From: Bacteroidia bacterium
Lineage (GTDB): Bacteria > Bacteroidota > Bacteroidia > NS11-12g > UBA955
Assembly: GCA_023228875.1 (NCBI GenBank)
Contig: JALOAG010000008.1
Location: 19,163-83,162 of the forward strand
Direction: 5' to 3'
DNA: 64,000 nucleotides
Shown: piece by piece, positions 63,151 through 64,000 of the stretch
Numbering within the stretch: position 1 is the stretch's first letter
Layout: each line of letters begins with the position of its first letter
Position numbers and translations under genes: made by a program
Notes under the pieces: model-generated
What the model was told of the DNA's origin: nothing
Database searches by the model: none
What the model saw: the letters and a program-made list of their open reading frames with translations, nothing else

Positions 63151-64000
63151 TGTTGCATTGTTCGTTGTGTAATAAATTCTGCAACCCTGTCTGACGCTCC
63201 GTTCCCACCAACTCGGATTCTAAGGGCAGCATATCCATTCATAATTTCTGTTCTTCTGTCAGTCTCCAAGAGTGCTTTTAATTCTTTTTTAATATTCAAC
63301 TCAGTTAATTCGTCCTGAATCAGTTCTTTGACGAGCGGGCTATTGAGAATGAGGTTTACTAAGGAGATATATTTGATTTTCATCAATGGCTTTACAATCA
63401 AATATGAGATTTTGGAAAATTTGTAACAAACTACTTGTGGAACTTGCCAAAGTGCGGTCTCTAAGGTTGCAGTGCCGCTTGTTACCAATGCAGCCTTAGC
63501 GCAAGCGAGAATTTCGTATGTTTTGCCTCTTAAAATTTCAATCCCGTATTGTTGAGACAATGAATGTAGCTCTTCTTGCGAGAAGGAGTCCGAACCAGCC
63601 ATCACAAATCGATAGTCAGGAAAGTGTTTTGGAATGGTTGCCATAATCGGTAAGATGTTGGCAAGCTCCATTTTTCTACTGCCGGGTAGCAATGCAATTA
63701 CCGGTTTCCCATCTTTAAGTTGTTGAATGGTGGCGGTATCTTGTTTGTATTCCGAAATTAAGTCTACTAATGGATTGCCTACATAATCTGATGTGATCTG
63801 ATGTTGCAGAAAAAACTCAGGTTCAAATGGTAGAATTGTGTAGAGATAATTCACAAAAGCCTTGATTTTTGTGATTCTCTTGCGATTCCATGCCCAGACT
63901 TTGGGAGCGATATAATAATGAACAGGTACCCCTAACTCTTTGGCTATGGGTGCAATGCGAAGATTAAACCCCGGATAGTCAATCAAAATAAGTGCATCGG
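63147..64000 (-). CDS. lpxB: lipid-A-disaccharide synthase, 5'-partial. The N-terminus lies beyond the window end.
   Basis: The ...DYPGFNLRIAPIAKELGVPVHYYIAPKVWAW... block is LpxB-typical, and the reading frame stays open to position 64000. Confidence 0.8.
   Translation of the reverse strand, partial: DALILIDYPGFNLRIAPIAKELGVPVHYYIAPKVWAWNRKRITKIKAFVNYLYTILPFEPEFFLQHQITSDYVGNPLVDLISEYKQDTATIQQLKDGKPVIALLPGSRKMELANILPIMATIPKHFPDYRFVMAGSDSFSQEELHSLSQQYGIEILRGKTYEILACAKAALVTSGTATLETALWQVPQVVCYKFSKISYLIVKPLMKIKYISLVNLILNSPLVKELIQDELTELNIKKELKALLETDRRTEIMNGYAALRIRVGGNGASDRVAEFITQRTMQH

Overview
This is a low-GC chromosomal segment that looks Bacteroidota-like, judging from a T9SS C-terminal sorting domain, TAnnTTTG-type promoter boxes and the gene content. 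Most of it is ordinary housekeeping. The named genes are GH3-family (partial), lysC, fbp, prfA, a di-haem cytochrome c peroxidase, lpdA, recG, a 2-oxoacid dehydrogenase E2, a GltS-like FMN protein, a TonB-dependent receptor, a 1429-aa PKD/beta-helix T9SS cargo, ahcY, nitronate monooxygenase, an M16 peptidase, purF, an M23 peptidase, rlmD, dxs, a DsbA-family protein, trmB, an Fe/B12-type ABC transporter, ribBA, dnaE, mtaB, lgt, cytochrome c, wecB, a fatty-acid desaturase and lpxB (partial).

Two regions are not ordinary.

1. Positions 46.85-56.47 kb hold a complete type II-C CRISPR-Cas locus. It has an array of 34 identical 47-bp repeats (46853-49885). On the opposite strand, convergent with the array, sit cas2, cas1 and a 1425-aa cas9. 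A tracrRNA is encoded divergently upstream of cas9 (about 56401-56472), with a 19-nt anti-repeat and a rho-independent terminator. The locus has two unusual features. First, a 240-aa HUH/Y1 (IS200/RayT-family, COG1943-like) transposase-type gene is wedged between cas9 and cas1. Its intergenic gaps are only 46 nt and 3 nt, which leaves no room for IS ends, so it looks like an operon-integrated component. Second, one spacer position in the array holds a 476-bp insert (47053-47528) instead of a ~30-bp spacer. The insert carries a phage-like intergenic region plus the first 104 codons of a tail-tape-measure-like gene, and the ORF runs straight into the next repeat.

2. Positions 24.18-28.57 kb hold a decayed heavy-metal efflux (czcCBA-like) and two-component module. 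CzcA is truncated. There is a CzcC-N/CzcB-C in-frame fusion remnant. The histidine kinase is split by a +1 insertion in an A8 homopolymer. The response regulator is frameshifted in its first ~15 codons.
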